DNA of 64,000 nucleotides from an uncultured Fidelibacterota bacterium (GCA_913043235.1 CAJWLO010000002.1:11055-75054), one strand, 5' to 3'; positions 1-10,286 are shown, counted from the stretch's first letter. Made by a program: numbers and translations. Notes: a model not told the origin generated them from the sequence alone.

Positions 1-821
1 CAGAATTTTTTGTGATTTTTGATAAGGAAAAGTATACAGTTTTGAGAGGCCTAAACTGGCAAATACCTTTCAGTGTTGGAGGTGTGAATACGGACAAGGA
101 CTTTACCGTCTCGGTAGAAGGAGGCAAGGATCTTGTGAAAGAACTTGTGAAAGGTCTGCCAAGGACTTTTCTTAAAGGAATTGGTAAAAGTGATGGCACC
201 ATTGAAGTGGTAGGGCTGAGGTCAAAGGATAAAAAATCAAGCCTTGCCAGTACAGAAGTTGTTGTTGTGGACCCTGCATATAGTTCACCCGCTGAAGAAA
301 ATGAAATATACACTGGTGAACAATATGTTTTTGACAGCAGGGTCAAAGATGTGGATCGGGATCGAATTTCTGTCAAAGTCTCCGGCACCGCAATGGGGGC
401 GAATGTCTATAATTCATATAGAGCAAATTTCACTCCTAAGAAAGAAGGGAAGCTTAAGCTGGAAACGTTTGTTGATGGTGTTGCTGTCCGTAATCTTGTG
501 CACAATGTCACCGTTAAAAAGATTCCACCGCCTAAGCTTACCTTTAAACGTTTGGGAAAGCGTACCAATAATATGCTTTTGACTGTTACCACATATGGCA
601 ATAAGAATGGAAAAAATAAGGTTGTCCCGCTGTCTGGTGTATATGGACGGCTTGAAGAAGAACAGAAGGAGAAGAGAGTAGGAAATAGGAGAGTAGTAAA
701 ATACAGTTTTGAGATGGATGAACCACAGTTTGGGTCCACTACTACGATTAAGATTAAGGTGATAGACAAATATAAAAAGCAATCAGTCTCTGATAATGAA
801 TTTGAATACTATGATAACTAG
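1..821 (+). CDS. GldM/PorM-like multi-Ig-domain protein, C-terminal part (5' end outside window)
   Basis: Frame is open from the window edge. Beta-rich Ig-like modules; 'VTVKKIPPPKL' resembles the GldM C-terminal 'FRVKxLPxP' motif. Family call is by eye. Confidence 0.45.
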   Translation, partial: EFFVIFDKEKYTVLRGLNWQIPFSVGGVNTDKDFTVSVEGGKDLVKELVKGLPRTFLKGIGKSDGTIEVVGLRSKDKKSSLASTEVVVVDPAYSSPAEENEIYTGEQYVFDSRVKDVDRDRISVKVSGTAMGANVYNSYRANFTPKKEGKLKLETFVDGVAVRNLVHNVTVKKIPPPKLTFKRLGKRTNNMLLTVTTYGNKNGKNKVVPLSGVYGRLEEEQKEKRVGNRRVVKYSFEMDEPQFGSTTTIKIKVIDKYKKQSVSDNEFEYYDN

Positions 822-2565
822 GAAAATAGTAAGGATTCTTATTTCACTGTTGACAGCGGTGATTTTTTCACAGGGTGAATCGCTCTATTGGGAAGTTGCG
901 GACCCTATCGTAAATAGTGAATTCATCGAAGCATATATTAATAAGCTAATAGAAACTGATAAATTTGAAGACAATACGATCCAGGCATCTCATTCGATCA
1001 TTATCCAGATGGCTCTTATGCCTGATGCAGTTGAACTTAAAAAACTGAAAGCCAAGAACTATCAGATGGGAGAATATCAGTCCTTCCTAATGGATCAGGT
1101 AGAAAAAATGGATCCATCGCTCGTTGAGCATCTTATGTCTAGGGAATATAAATGGAAAGATGTGAGCAGGAGGGACCTTTCAGAGCTGGAAATGTATAGT
1201 ACGCTGGATAATGTACTGCAGGAACGAAGTTTTAAGGATGCGAGAGATGCGTTCTGGTGGACAAATTCTCAGTTTGATGTCTCTACCGATATGACTGCTT
1301 TCATCCGGCAGAAGACAGGCAGCCTAGCATTTCGTTTGGAGTCTGGCCTGCCAGTCCTGGGTCTATATCGGCACCTTTCAAAAAATCTAAACCTTGGGAT
1401 CTCCAATGATATTGCCAGTACTTATATTATTATTCCCGGCGTAACCACCACTAGAATTGCTGCAGGGATTGAACATCCCGTCGAGGCCGTATATGGGGCA
1501 GGATTCAAATTTGATACCCATGCACTTGGTGGACAGATAAATTACATGGATGTTGGCGTTGATTTTGAAGCGAAAAATACTTACAGCCGTAAACACTTGG
1601 TTATACCTGCTTCCAGCGGTGTACTTTACTGGAGCAATACGTTCGGCCTGAATAGAAAAGTACTTACAGAATATGGGACTAGTGTCAAGGATCAGAAAAA
1701 GGCGAAAGAAATTGCTGCTCGGGAGCTTACTAGGTCCAGGCAATGGAAAACTAAAAAAGGTACCTTATATGAGGGGCGATTTGTAAAAGTTGAGAATGAA
1801 AAAGCATATATCGTCATGGAAAAAAATTCCCAGGCCCATAAGGAAGCAGAAAAGGGACGCAAGTGGACCTCCCGATCTGGAAATGAGATCCATGCATCGT
1901 TGGATCAGCAGGGAAAAACCGAAGTGATCCTGCTTAGAAAGAAGGATAAAAAACCAGTAAAATTAAAAATTGCTGATCTGAGTGACAGTGATCAGAAATT
2001 TCTGAAGAAATTGGTTTGGGACGGTAAAAAGGTTGGATCTCTCTCCCTACAGTCACTTAATGATGAAGATCAAAAATTAATACGTATCGCGAATGCTGTT
2101 ATACGAGAAAGATCGGGAAAAGGAAGAGAAATTAAGGTTAGTCAGCCGTTTGCTTCTTTAAGGCTAAAAGCTGGTCTATCTTTTACTCAATTTATTCATG
2201 GACGCATAGATTTGGCTAATCCTGATGTAGTCGATGATGTAGATATTTTTTCCATAACAGACAGAATTAACGGGGCAGAAGCATTAGGGTTTTTTGTAAA
2301 AGTGGAAGGAGTAACGGATAATAAAAAAAGCAAATCCTATTTCCAGTTTAATTCATCGGGAAGCGGGTTTAAGTCTGTTGGTTTTGGACTAGAACATAAT
2401 GTATGGAAAAGGATTAACCTGGGTGTGGACTGTGTTCTTTATCCTCGGGGAAGTGGTATTGAGTTTCGGTCTGATAAGGAATATCCAGATAAAACATGGA
2501 CATGGCATCCTGGAGGTAAAGGTGGTGTATTGCTTTTTGCTCCCTATATGGCGATCCAATTTTAA
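811..2565 (+). CDS. Signal-peptide protein, probable outer-membrane beta-barrel with inserted SHD1 domains
   Basis: ATG 811 gives a signal peptide (MITRKIVRILISLLTAVIFS). SHD1-like motifs 'RKWTSRSG...IADLSDSDQKFL'. C-terminal 'YMAIQF' ends in Phe. Confidence 0.55.
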   Translation: MITRKIVRILISLLTAVIFSQGESLYWEVADPIVNSEFIEAYINKLIETDKFEDNTIQASHSIIIQMALMPDAVELKKLKAKNYQMGEYQSFLMDQVEKMDPSLVEHLMSREYKWKDVSRRDLSELEMYSTLDNVLQERSFKDARDAFWWTNSQFDVSTDMTAFIRQKTGSLAFRLESGLPVLGLYRHLSKNLNLGISNDIASTYIIIPGVTTTRIAAGIEHPVEAVYGAGFKFDTHALGGQINYMDVGVDFEAKNTYSRKHLVIPASSGVLYWSNTFGLNRKVLTEYGTSVKDQKKAKEIAARELTRSRQWKTKKGTLYEGRFVKVENEKAYIVMEKNSQAHKEAEKGRKWTSRSGNEIHASLDQQGKTEVILLRKKDKKPVKLKIADLSDSDQKFLKKLVWDGKKVGSLSLQSLNDEDQKLIRIANAVIRERSGKGREIKVSQPFASLRLKAGLSFTQFIHGRIDLANPDVVDDVDIFSITDRINGAEALGFFVKVEGVTDNKKSKSYFQFNSSGSGFKSVGFGLEHNVWKRINLGVDCVLYPRGSGIEFRSDKEYPDKTWTWHPGGKGGVLLFAPYMAIQF

Positions 2566-2580
2566 GGTAGAGTGCATTAA

Positions 2581-4872
2581 ATGATTGAACATATTCGTTC
2601 CTATTTTTTTATAATTGCTGTTGCCATTGTTTTATTGACAACTGCAGGGCGGGCACAAAATGTCCAGGCGGTGAATGATAATATCATGCTGAAAGAGGAT
2701 GAAGCAAAGATTATTGATGTACTGAAAAATGATAAGTTAGAGAGTCGTGATAACCTAGATTTGATTATACTCTCCACGCCTAGTCTTGGTACTGCAGAAC
2801 TTCAGGGGTTTAATATATCATTTATTCCCAATGCAAATGTAAGTGGCACTGATGAATTCAAATATTCAATCGATGATGGGTTTTCTTCTGATACAGCAAA
2901 AATTAAGATCACTATTGTTCCAATGAATGATGTGCCAATTTCTATAGATCTAGAAAACAACAGTATAGCTGAGAATGGGGCTGACGTGACCCTCATAGGA
3001 GAATTATCCACGATAGACCCTGATTTAGATGATTCGTTTGAATATTCTTTCTCTGATGAAGGAGAAAATGATAACGCATATTTTGAAATCAGGGATAGAT
3101 CCATTTATTCAAATATAAGTTTCGATTATGAGTTGCGGGATAGTTATAAACTTATGGTAACGAGTAAGGATAAAAGTGATAAAAAGGTTACCAGTGAAAT
3201 TTTAGTAAATATAATTGATGTGAATGAAGCACCGAGATTTATAGAAAATCCTGAGTTGACAATTTCTCATCCAGAGGAGAATGAAAAAATAGTTGCAAAA
3301 TTGATGGCAGAAGATCCAGATCTTGATCAAGATTATGTTAAGTATAAGGTGGTTGGCGGCGATGATAAAGGACGTTTCAAGATTCTTCGTAGTGGAGAAT
3401 TGGCGTTTCTCAGAGAACCTGATTATGAATCACCCAAAGATGCAAATGGGGATAATACCTACCATGTCAAATTTAGGGTAACAGATTCCAAGGATAAAAA
3501 CCTATTTGTTGAAGGATCGGCTTCGATAACTATTGCGGACGAGATAGAAAAATCTATCGAGAGCCTTGACAGCAGAAAATACATTGCTTGGACCGTAGAT
3601 CATATGCCATATCATATCTTGATGGAAGATGCTATCGATGATTATATAAGTCTACGATTTGCAGTTGGGGCAGACGATGATGGTGCTTCATCCATTGAAG
3701 ATGGTGATGATGAATTTATTAGCCAAATGCACCCAAGTGATCAGATTATTATTGTGCAGGAAAAGGGGAACACAGAACAGATTCATCAGATTTGGTATGG
3801 TAATGGTGTAAATTATACAATTATTAATCGAGAAAGAGTTGACTGGGTTTTAAGCCAGGATATCCAGCAGGTTCTTATAGAAAAAAGCCAGTACCTTAAT
3901 AGTGAGTCTGAGGTTGTTTTCTTTCAGAACGAAAGTGAGAGACTTTTGGCGGGCTACAGTTCCAAATTCGCTGTCTGGCATCCAAATAATTTTATGATGT
4001 CCTTGCAAGGGTTCTCCATGCGGTCTAACCTGGTTCAATATGCAGCAAATATGTCTGTCGGAAATGAATTGATTGGCTTACCAGGTGTCACCGCAGGATC
4101 TACAGAGCTTGGTGTGGCCACCCGAAATTCAGAATTTGGATTTCGCTTGCCAGTCGGTTTCAGTTTAGGTTCACTGGGGAAGTTGGATGATCCAAAGTAT
4201 TTGAGCTCAGATTACCCAGGCCTTTATAGTAAAATCAATATTGATAATATGTTTTCAACTAGGACCGACTTTCATGCGTTAATGGGTTTCTCGTTTTATC
4301 CTAAAACTATTGGGAGTCCGATAAAGAACACGAATTTTTTCAATACAGATAGTGTTAAGGAAGAAGATCGTTACATAAATATCTTGGATATGTATGCCTT
4401 GATGGCTACCACGGTTGAAGTACCTCTACAATTGCCATTTTTTGCTAAAATGACAGCAACTCCCGGATTGCATTATCTGAAAGTTGCCCACAGAAGCAAG
4501 AGTGAAGAAGGCCTTTACGATCGTACCTTTCACCAGTCGGGATCAAAAGTAATTGATATTGATGAGGGTCGTTCATTTAGCCGCTACTGGGGCTTATTCG
4601 TTCGTTTTGATATTCTGGGAAAGATCGGTCAAAAACCGGAATTCCTTGAAAGAGTGAAATATTTTGATTTTATCAATATTAGCGACGTTCCTTTTTATGA
4701 AATATCCTTCCAGTTGATTTCATCGCTTAATACTATCACAACCTTAAACTTAAATATTTATGATAACTTGGCATTTACCATTACAAGGTATAATACAACT
4801 GGAGATATTCAAGGTAACTGGCTACCGGAAAAAAATACCTGGTTTGGGCTGAAATATCGCGGGAACTTTTGA
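2581..4872 (+). CDS. Secreted/outer-membrane protein with Ig-like (Big_9) and cadherin domains and a C-terminal probable beta-barrel
   Basis: Signal peptide; 'AVND...DVLKND', 'PMNDVP', 'FDYE', 'DVNEAP', 'PDYESPKDANGDNTY' cadherin motifs; C-terminal 'YRGNF'. Confidence 0.65.
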   Translation: MIEHIRSYFFIIAVAIVLLTTAGRAQNVQAVNDNIMLKEDEAKIIDVLKNDKLESRDNLDLIILSTPSLGTAELQGFNISFIPNANVSGTDEFKYSIDDGFSSDTAKIKITIVPMNDVPISIDLENNSIAENGADVTLIGELSTIDPDLDDSFEYSFSDEGENDNAYFEIRDRSIYSNISFDYELRDSYKLMVTSKDKSDKKVTSEILVNIIDVNEAPRFIENPELTISHPEENEKIVAKLMAEDPDLDQDYVKYKVVGGDDKGRFKILRSGELAFLREPDYESPKDANGDNTYHVKFRVTDSKDKNLFVEGSASITIADEIEKSIESLDSRKYIAWTVDHMPYHILMEDAIDDYISLRFAVGADDDGASSIEDGDDEFISQMHPSDQIIIVQEKGNTEQIHQIWYGNGVNYTIINRERVDWVLSQDIQQVLIEKSQYLNSESEVVFFQNESERLLAGYSSKFAVWHPNNFMMSLQGFSMRSNLVQYAANMSVGNELIGLPGVTAGSTELGVATRNSEFGFRLPVGFSLGSLGKLDDPKYLSSDYPGLYSKINIDNMFSTRTDFHALMGFSFYPKTIGSPIKNTNFFNTDSVKEEDRYINILDMYALMATTVEVPLQLPFFAKMTATPGLHYLKVAHRSKSEEGLYDRTFHQSGSKVIDIDEGRSFSRYWGLFVRFDILGKIGQKPEFLERVKYFDFINISDVPFYEISFQLISSLNTITTLNLNIYDNLAFTITRYNTTGDIQGNWLPEKNTWFGLKYRGNF

Positions 4873-4946
4873 TCTATATGATTGGTCAGTAGCCCGGACT
4901 TAAAACTATAAGGGTACTTATATAAATAATTTATAAAGAAGGAAGT

Positions 4947-5604
4947 ATGAATCTACTCAAATATATTTCCCAAATATCATTTTATGTTCTATCAACAGTA
5001 TTATTGAAAACACATCATTTAAAATAAATTACTTACCATTGAGTATTGATAGTGTGCTGATGGTGCCACTTTATATATATTGATATTAAATCCGGATGCA
5101 GCTAATAAGTTTGTAACAGAAGCTCAAGAAGTGAGCTTGACCTTTGGGTTTGGGCATATTCCAGATATTGATAATATTAATGGGAGTGAGTATGATCTCC
5201 GAATATCGCAAGATATTACAATTGTTACAGAAAGTAAGGGTAGTTTTTCAGGTATACCTGATGGGTGGGGGTACGTACCTGGGATCACATTGGTAATACA
5301 TTATACAACTATGGGAAATAATACGGATTTTGGAATTCCAAAGGATTTATCATTGTATCCAGTGTATCCCAATCCCTTCCATCCTACAACTGTTATAAGG
5401 TATGATATCCCAAAAAATAGTGATGTAAGTTTTTCGGGATATGATTTGCGAGGCAGGTTGGTAAAAAGGTTAATGAGCAAAAGGTCTAATCTTGGAAGGT
5501 ACCATTACAGATGTGTACCAGATATGGTTACTTCTGGTGTATATATACTAAGGATGAAAACTAAAGAAAAAGTATTCAATCAGAAGGTCACTTACATTAA
5601 ATGA
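4947..5604 (+). pseudogene. Probably degraded gene for a secreted protein with a T9SS/FlgD-type C-terminal sorting domain
   Basis: RBS plus ATG 4947 gives a signal-like peptide that stops at 5025-5027. A different frame (5080-5604) encodes 'YPNPFHPTTVIRYDIP...SGVYILRM...QKVTYIK'. Confidence 0.5.
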
Positions 5605-5893
5605 TCAACTTAGTTAGAATATATTTGGGTGTAGAGTAAATATATATTTTCATTGTAGCTATATTGTGATTGAGTGGTATTGAAGTAGTTTATTTTCTAC
5701 TGGTCATCGATGTCCTTCTTTATTTTAGTTTAACAGAAAATAGGATAAGTGAATTTATAAATTAAAGTAATACTTTAAGTGATGAAAGTATATTAAAAAA
5801 TATTCAAAATTAACATTAAAATAACTTAATATATTAATACTATAAATTCTAATATTAGCAGATTTAGGGTCTTTCTTTAAATAAAAAAAAGTT

Positions 5894-5922
5894 TTGACTC
5901 CATTGTAATAGAATTGTATTTT
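5894..5922 (+). promoter_or_regulatory. Sigma-70-type promoter, possibly producing a leaderless mRNA
   Basis: TTGACT-17 nt-TATTTT; ATG lies 8 nt downstream; no Shine-Dalgarno. Confidence 0.45.
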
Positions 5923-5930
5923 TACTTACT

Positions 5931-8900
5931 ATGCAAAAAATAAGAATCATTGCTGTACTGATAGTTTGTTCATTTTTACTTGCACAGAGCGGTAACAGCA
6001 ATAAAAAGAAAAAAGTGTATCGTACCCAATGGGGGACGTTTGTTACAGCACCGGATACACCTGAAAAAAATCAGGTTACAAAATCAAAGTCGGAGATGGA
6101 AAAGATTCAGAAAAGGATCCAGTCAAATCTTAAGAAGACTTCCCGGAATCACCGCCAGGAATTGGAAAATCTAAAGGGAGAATATGATTCTCAAATGGCT
6201 ACGATGCAGTTAGATTATAATTCACAGTTAGCCAAAATGCAGGAACAGATCAACCTATTATATCTATTAACGGAAAAAAAGGCAGACACTGTCTATACAG
6301 TCAGCCATGATACCATCACTGTTCATGATTCCACTGTCGTTTATGATACAACTTTTATTTATACCAATGCCACCACAACGGTTTATGATACAGCAGTTTT
6401 TTACGATAGTCTGTTTGTCTATAATTATGATACTACGACCATAGTAAATACAAACTTTGATACTGTAGTGGTTTATGACACATCATTTGTTCATACATAT
6501 GATACTACCTATGTAAATCTGGAAAAGACGAATTATGATACCACTGTTGTTCTTGACAGTTTATATATTTTTACCTTTGATACTACATTTATAAAAGATA
6601 CGCTATGGGTTTTTGCTTATGATACTACCACCGTATATGATACTGCCTGGGTATTTGCTTATGACACAACCTTTGTGCGGGATTCTATCTGGGTTTTTGC
6701 CCATGACACCATGGTGGTGTACGATACAACCACAGTGGTGAATAATGACACAGTTACAATACACACCTATGCCACCAATTTCAAACCAGAAATTATTGAT
6801 GGACAGCAAGCCCAATTCCCAATTTGGCAATCTTTGGATGATGCGATACAGGCCCGCAATGCTGGTGATGACCGGGCCCAGGAATGGATTAATGAAGCAC
6901 TTTATGCCGCTAATGGTGATTGGAATCGAGCCAAAGATGAATACAAAAAATTTCAGAGTATTTATTCATCCGCCACGGTAAAAAGTATTTTAGGGCAACC
7001 GTCTAACCCTGAGTTCATTGGTCCATTGGAAGCGCAGGATGCAATGAAATATCGTTCCGTGACATATGACACGCTTCGTTTTTTAACTGTAGATACCCTA
7101 GTGGTCCAGGATACGATTCGGGACCTGGTTAGGCAAGCAATCATAACTTATGATACGAGTGTAGTAACTAATCATAGTGAAGTCATCGAAAATACGACTC
7201 CATCTGAGCATGAGATGATGGTTCGTTATCATGATAACGGTCGTTTAAAAGAACGGGGGCTTATGAAAGGTTTAAAACGTAACGGTACTTGGATCTTTTA
7301 CAGCTCAGCCGGGAAGGAAGTTCGTAGAACTACTTATGACATGGGTCGTATCACAAAAGATGAGGATCTTGTAAATAACGGGAAAAATACCCTACGGAAT
7401 AAACCGCAAACAACAAGGCCAAAGGCTATGGCCAAAGCAGTGCATACAAAGTATGATACTCCTCCTAAGCCCAAGTCGCGAATTCTTCCGGTAGTAGATG
7501 TGGCCCATGGAGGAGCTACAGTAATTACACAGTGTTTGGTAGATAGAGATGGATATGTGGAGCAGGTCAATGTGATAAAAAGTAGCGCAATTCCAGCCTT
7601 GGACCAAGCAGCAATTTCGGCGATAAAAAACACTGACTTCAAACCTGCAACAGTTAATAATGTGCCAACTGCAGTATGGATAGAGCAGGAAATTCTATTT
7701 CCAGCCAATCCTTTGGAATCTGTTTTAAGTCCTGGAATTACCAGACAAGATTTTCATGCGCTCTATCTTGGCCAGATTGTCAAAGCGTTGGATCAAGAAG
7801 GTGAACAATTATCGGAGTTGCAACAGGATGAGTTCATGGAGAAACTCAAAACTTCTATTGACGAAACGTATTTTGAGATAGAAGCTTTATATTTAGAAGA
7901 AGAAGTAGCTTTTCTAAAAAATGAAATACAGAATTTTATTTTTCATATGGATAATGAAGAAGGTACTCTCCAGAGTGGAGTACAATTATATCGGGCTACG
8001 TCAGAATCCAGGATTACACTCATTGATCAAGATGGGACTGTCTTGGCAGATTCACACTTGGATGAAGATGGGATTAAATCCATGGATAATCATGCCTCCC
8101 GTCCTGAAGTCTTGGCATCAACAATATCCGAATATGGGGTTGCAGTTCGACACAGTGAAACTTTGGAAAAGAATTTAATATATGTTGCCCATGCTGTTGA
8201 TAAAGAAGATGATCACAGACGAATTTATGCACGTTTTTCCAAACCACTTGGTGTTATCCGGGAACAGCGTGCCTTACGAATATATGAGCAGGAGGTAATT
8301 AGTGCTCTCTTAGCTAGCAAGGTAAATTTAGCACAAAACAACCAATCCGGATTTTTGGCCAATTATATACAAGGTTTGAAAGATCATTTGGCAGAGCTCG
8401 GATATGGAGTAGATATAGAAGCCAATGAACAAATCATTCGTTCCTATACAGATAAATTAGAAGCAAAGAGTGGGGAAATAGCGGGTAACCTAAAGCGGGA
8501 GATCGATACTTTTATCAATTATCTTATTACGGTTTCTAAAGGAGGCTTACATTCTTCAGTGGCTTCTTATGCCCAGTCTGCAGATGTACGAATCACCTTG
8601 ATTGATGCTAATGGGGTAGTTCTTACTGATTCAGATCTGGACCTACTCCAATTATCTAAGATGGATAATCACATCAATCGTTTGGAAGTGGTACAATCCA
8701 ACACGCTCCCATACGGTACCGTATCCCGGTTCAGCAATACACTACAGCAAAAATTTGTTTATGTTGCTCGTCGTCTCCCAGAGACGATGCAGGAAGCACG
8801 ATATGTGCGTTTGGCTAGATCATTACGGGCAGATTATTCCCGGGTCCATATGGAAGAAGATGAACTCTTGAATTTATATGTATCTCTAATTGAAAAGAGT

Positions 8901-10268
8901 TTTGGCCGAGCTGGGGTGAATTTCACCGATGAGAAACGAAAGGATTTTAGCAATAGTTTTCAAATGGTGGTTAGAAAACGTAATGCCAAAGTACAAATGA
9001 ATCACAAATTGAAGCACTACCGACTCTATATAGAGGAAATCAATCAAGCATTGGATGTAGTCCAATTAATGACTAATTCAGATCAAGAAGAGCTATTTGC
9101 AAAAATTTACCAGGAAAATGTGATCCGTGAGTTCAGTTCTAGTAAAAGTGTAAATGTAGAATTAAATGAAGAATCTGTGAGAACATATCTTAAAAACGAG
9201 GCAGTAAAAGAAGAACAACGAAAAAAATTGGTTCTGAAAGAAGGTTTAATTGTTACCTACCATGACAACGGCCGTGTTAAAGAAAAAGGTATGTATATTG
9301 CTGGAAGAAAAGAAGGGGAATGGTATGTTTATAGTTCAAGAGGAAAACTAATAAAAACTGTTGATTATAAAAAAGGTAAAGCAATTGCCACTAACGCTCC
9401 CGATAAATTCAAGGATATCGCGACCTACCATGAAAACGGTCGTATCAAAGAACAGGGAATAACCCGAAATGGCAAAAGAGATGGTGAATGGAAACTATAT
9501 AATGCACGGGGTAAATTGGAGACAGTGAGGGTTTATGCAAGGGGGAAAATCGTTCGTCAAGATAGACCAGAAAAAATGGAAGAAGTTGCTGAATATCATG
9601 ATAATGGACGTATTAAGGCCCAAGGAAATATTAAAAATGGAAAGAAGGACGGTGTTTGGAAACTATACAGTAGCAGAGGAAAAATGATAAAATCAATCAC
9701 CTATGCCAGCGGTGAAATTATCAGGGATACAGAATCGTCTAAAAAAGATTTGTTGCAACCTCTGCGAGAAGGAGCCCATGTGGACTATCATGACAATGGT
9801 CGTATTAAGATATCAGGCACTTTTAAGAAAAACAAGAAATCTGGAGAATGGCGAGAATACGATAAACGGGGAACCATTATCTCCATTACCATTTATTCTG
9901 ATGGGGAGATATTATTCCAACAGAATCCTAATATAGTTAAGGCCTATACTTCTTATCATGATAATGGTCGTCTGAAAGAGCAGGGTATGTTAAAAGGCGA
10001 AAAGAGAGATGGTGAATGGTATTTATACAGTAAACGTGGGAAACTATTGCGGAAAACAAACTATTTTCAGGGTGCAATCATTAATCAGAATAGTACCAGA
10101 GTCATTAATTCATTTGTTACCTACCACAAGAATGGTTTTGTTAAAGAGGAAGGTATATTAAAAATGGGACAGCGTGATGGGATCTGGAAGCGGTATGATG
10201 ATGATGGTGAACATATTGAAACAGTGACCTATAACAATGGTAGAGTTTTGAGCCGAGAAAAGGTATAA
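5931..10268 (+). CDS. 1445-aa exported multidomain protein: coiled coil, D-(S/T) repeats, TonB C-terminal domain, two Cache-like domains, MORN-variant repeats
   Basis: Signal peptide; TonB_C 'VDRDGYVEQVNVIKSSAIPALDQAAISAIKNTDFKPA'; two copies of 'RITLIDxxGxVLxDS...MDNH..R.EV'; seven copies of 'YH(D/E/K)NG..KE.G....K(R/K).G.W..Y'. Confidence 0.8.
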   Translation: MQKIRIIAVLIVCSFLLAQSGNSNKKKKVYRTQWGTFVTAPDTPEKNQVTKSKSEMEKIQKRIQSNLKKTSRNHRQELENLKGEYDSQMATMQLDYNSQLAKMQEQINLLYLLTEKKADTVYTVSHDTITVHDSTVVYDTTFIYTNATTTVYDTAVFYDSLFVYNYDTTTIVNTNFDTVVVYDTSFVHTYDTTYVNLEKTNYDTTVVLDSLYIFTFDTTFIKDTLWVFAYDTTTVYDTAWVFAYDTTFVRDSIWVFAHDTMVVYDTTTVVNNDTVTIHTYATNFKPEIIDGQQAQFPIWQSLDDAIQARNAGDDRAQEWINEALYAANGDWNRAKDEYKKFQSIYSSATVKSILGQPSNPEFIGPLEAQDAMKYRSVTYDTLRFLTVDTLVVQDTIRDLVRQAIITYDTSVVTNHSEVIENTTPSEHEMMVRYHDNGRLKERGLMKGLKRNGTWIFYSSAGKEVRRTTYDMGRITKDEDLVNNGKNTLRNKPQTTRPKAMAKAVHTKYDTPPKPKSRILPVVDVAHGGATVITQCLVDRDGYVEQVNVIKSSAIPALDQAAISAIKNTDFKPATVNNVPTAVWIEQEILFPANPLESVLSPGITRQDFHALYLGQIVKALDQEGEQLSELQQDEFMEKLKTSIDETYFEIEALYLEEEVAFLKNEIQNFIFHMDNEEGTLQSGVQLYRATSESRITLIDQDGTVLADSHLDEDGIKSMDNHASRPEVLASTISEYGVAVRHSETLEKNLIYVAHAVDKEDDHRRIYARFSKPLGVIREQRALRIYEQEVISALLASKVNLAQNNQSGFLANYIQGLKDHLAELGYGVDIEANEQIIRSYTDKLEAKSGEIAGNLKREIDTFINYLITVSKGGLHSSVASYAQSADVRITLIDANGVVLTDSDLDLLQLSKMDNHINRLEVVQSNTLPYGTVSRFSNTLQQKFVYVARRLPETMQEARYVRLARSLRADYSRVHMEEDELLNLYVSLIEKSFGRAGVNFTDEKRKDFSNSFQMVVRKRNAKVQMNHKLKHYRLYIEEINQALDVVQLMTNSDQEELFAKIYQENVIREFSSSKSVNVELNEESVRTYLKNEAVKEEQRKKLVLKEGLIVTYHDNGRVKEKGMYIAGRKEGEWYVYSSRGKLIKTVDYKKGKAIATNAPDKFKDIATYHENGRIKEQGITRNGKRDGEWKLYNARGKLETVRVYARGKIVRQDRPEKMEEVAEYHDNGRIKAQGNIKNGKKDGVWKLYSSRGKMIKSITYASGEIIRDTESSKKDLLQPLREGAHVDYHDNGRIKISGTFKKNKKSGEWREYDKRGTIISITIYSDGEILFQQNPNIVKAYTSYHDNGRLKEQGMLKGEKRDGEWYLYSKRGKLLRKTNYFQGAIINQNSTRVINSFVTYHKNGFVKEEGILKMGQRDGIWKRYDDDGEHIETVTYNNGRVLSREKV

Positions 10269-10286
10269 CAAAAAATTATCTCAAAC

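Noticed and set aside
6282-6770. CRISPR-like or DNA tandem repeat ('tatgatac' recurrences)
   Set aside because: Repeats are in-frame, synonymous-variable and protein-level (YDT); no repeat-spacer structure.
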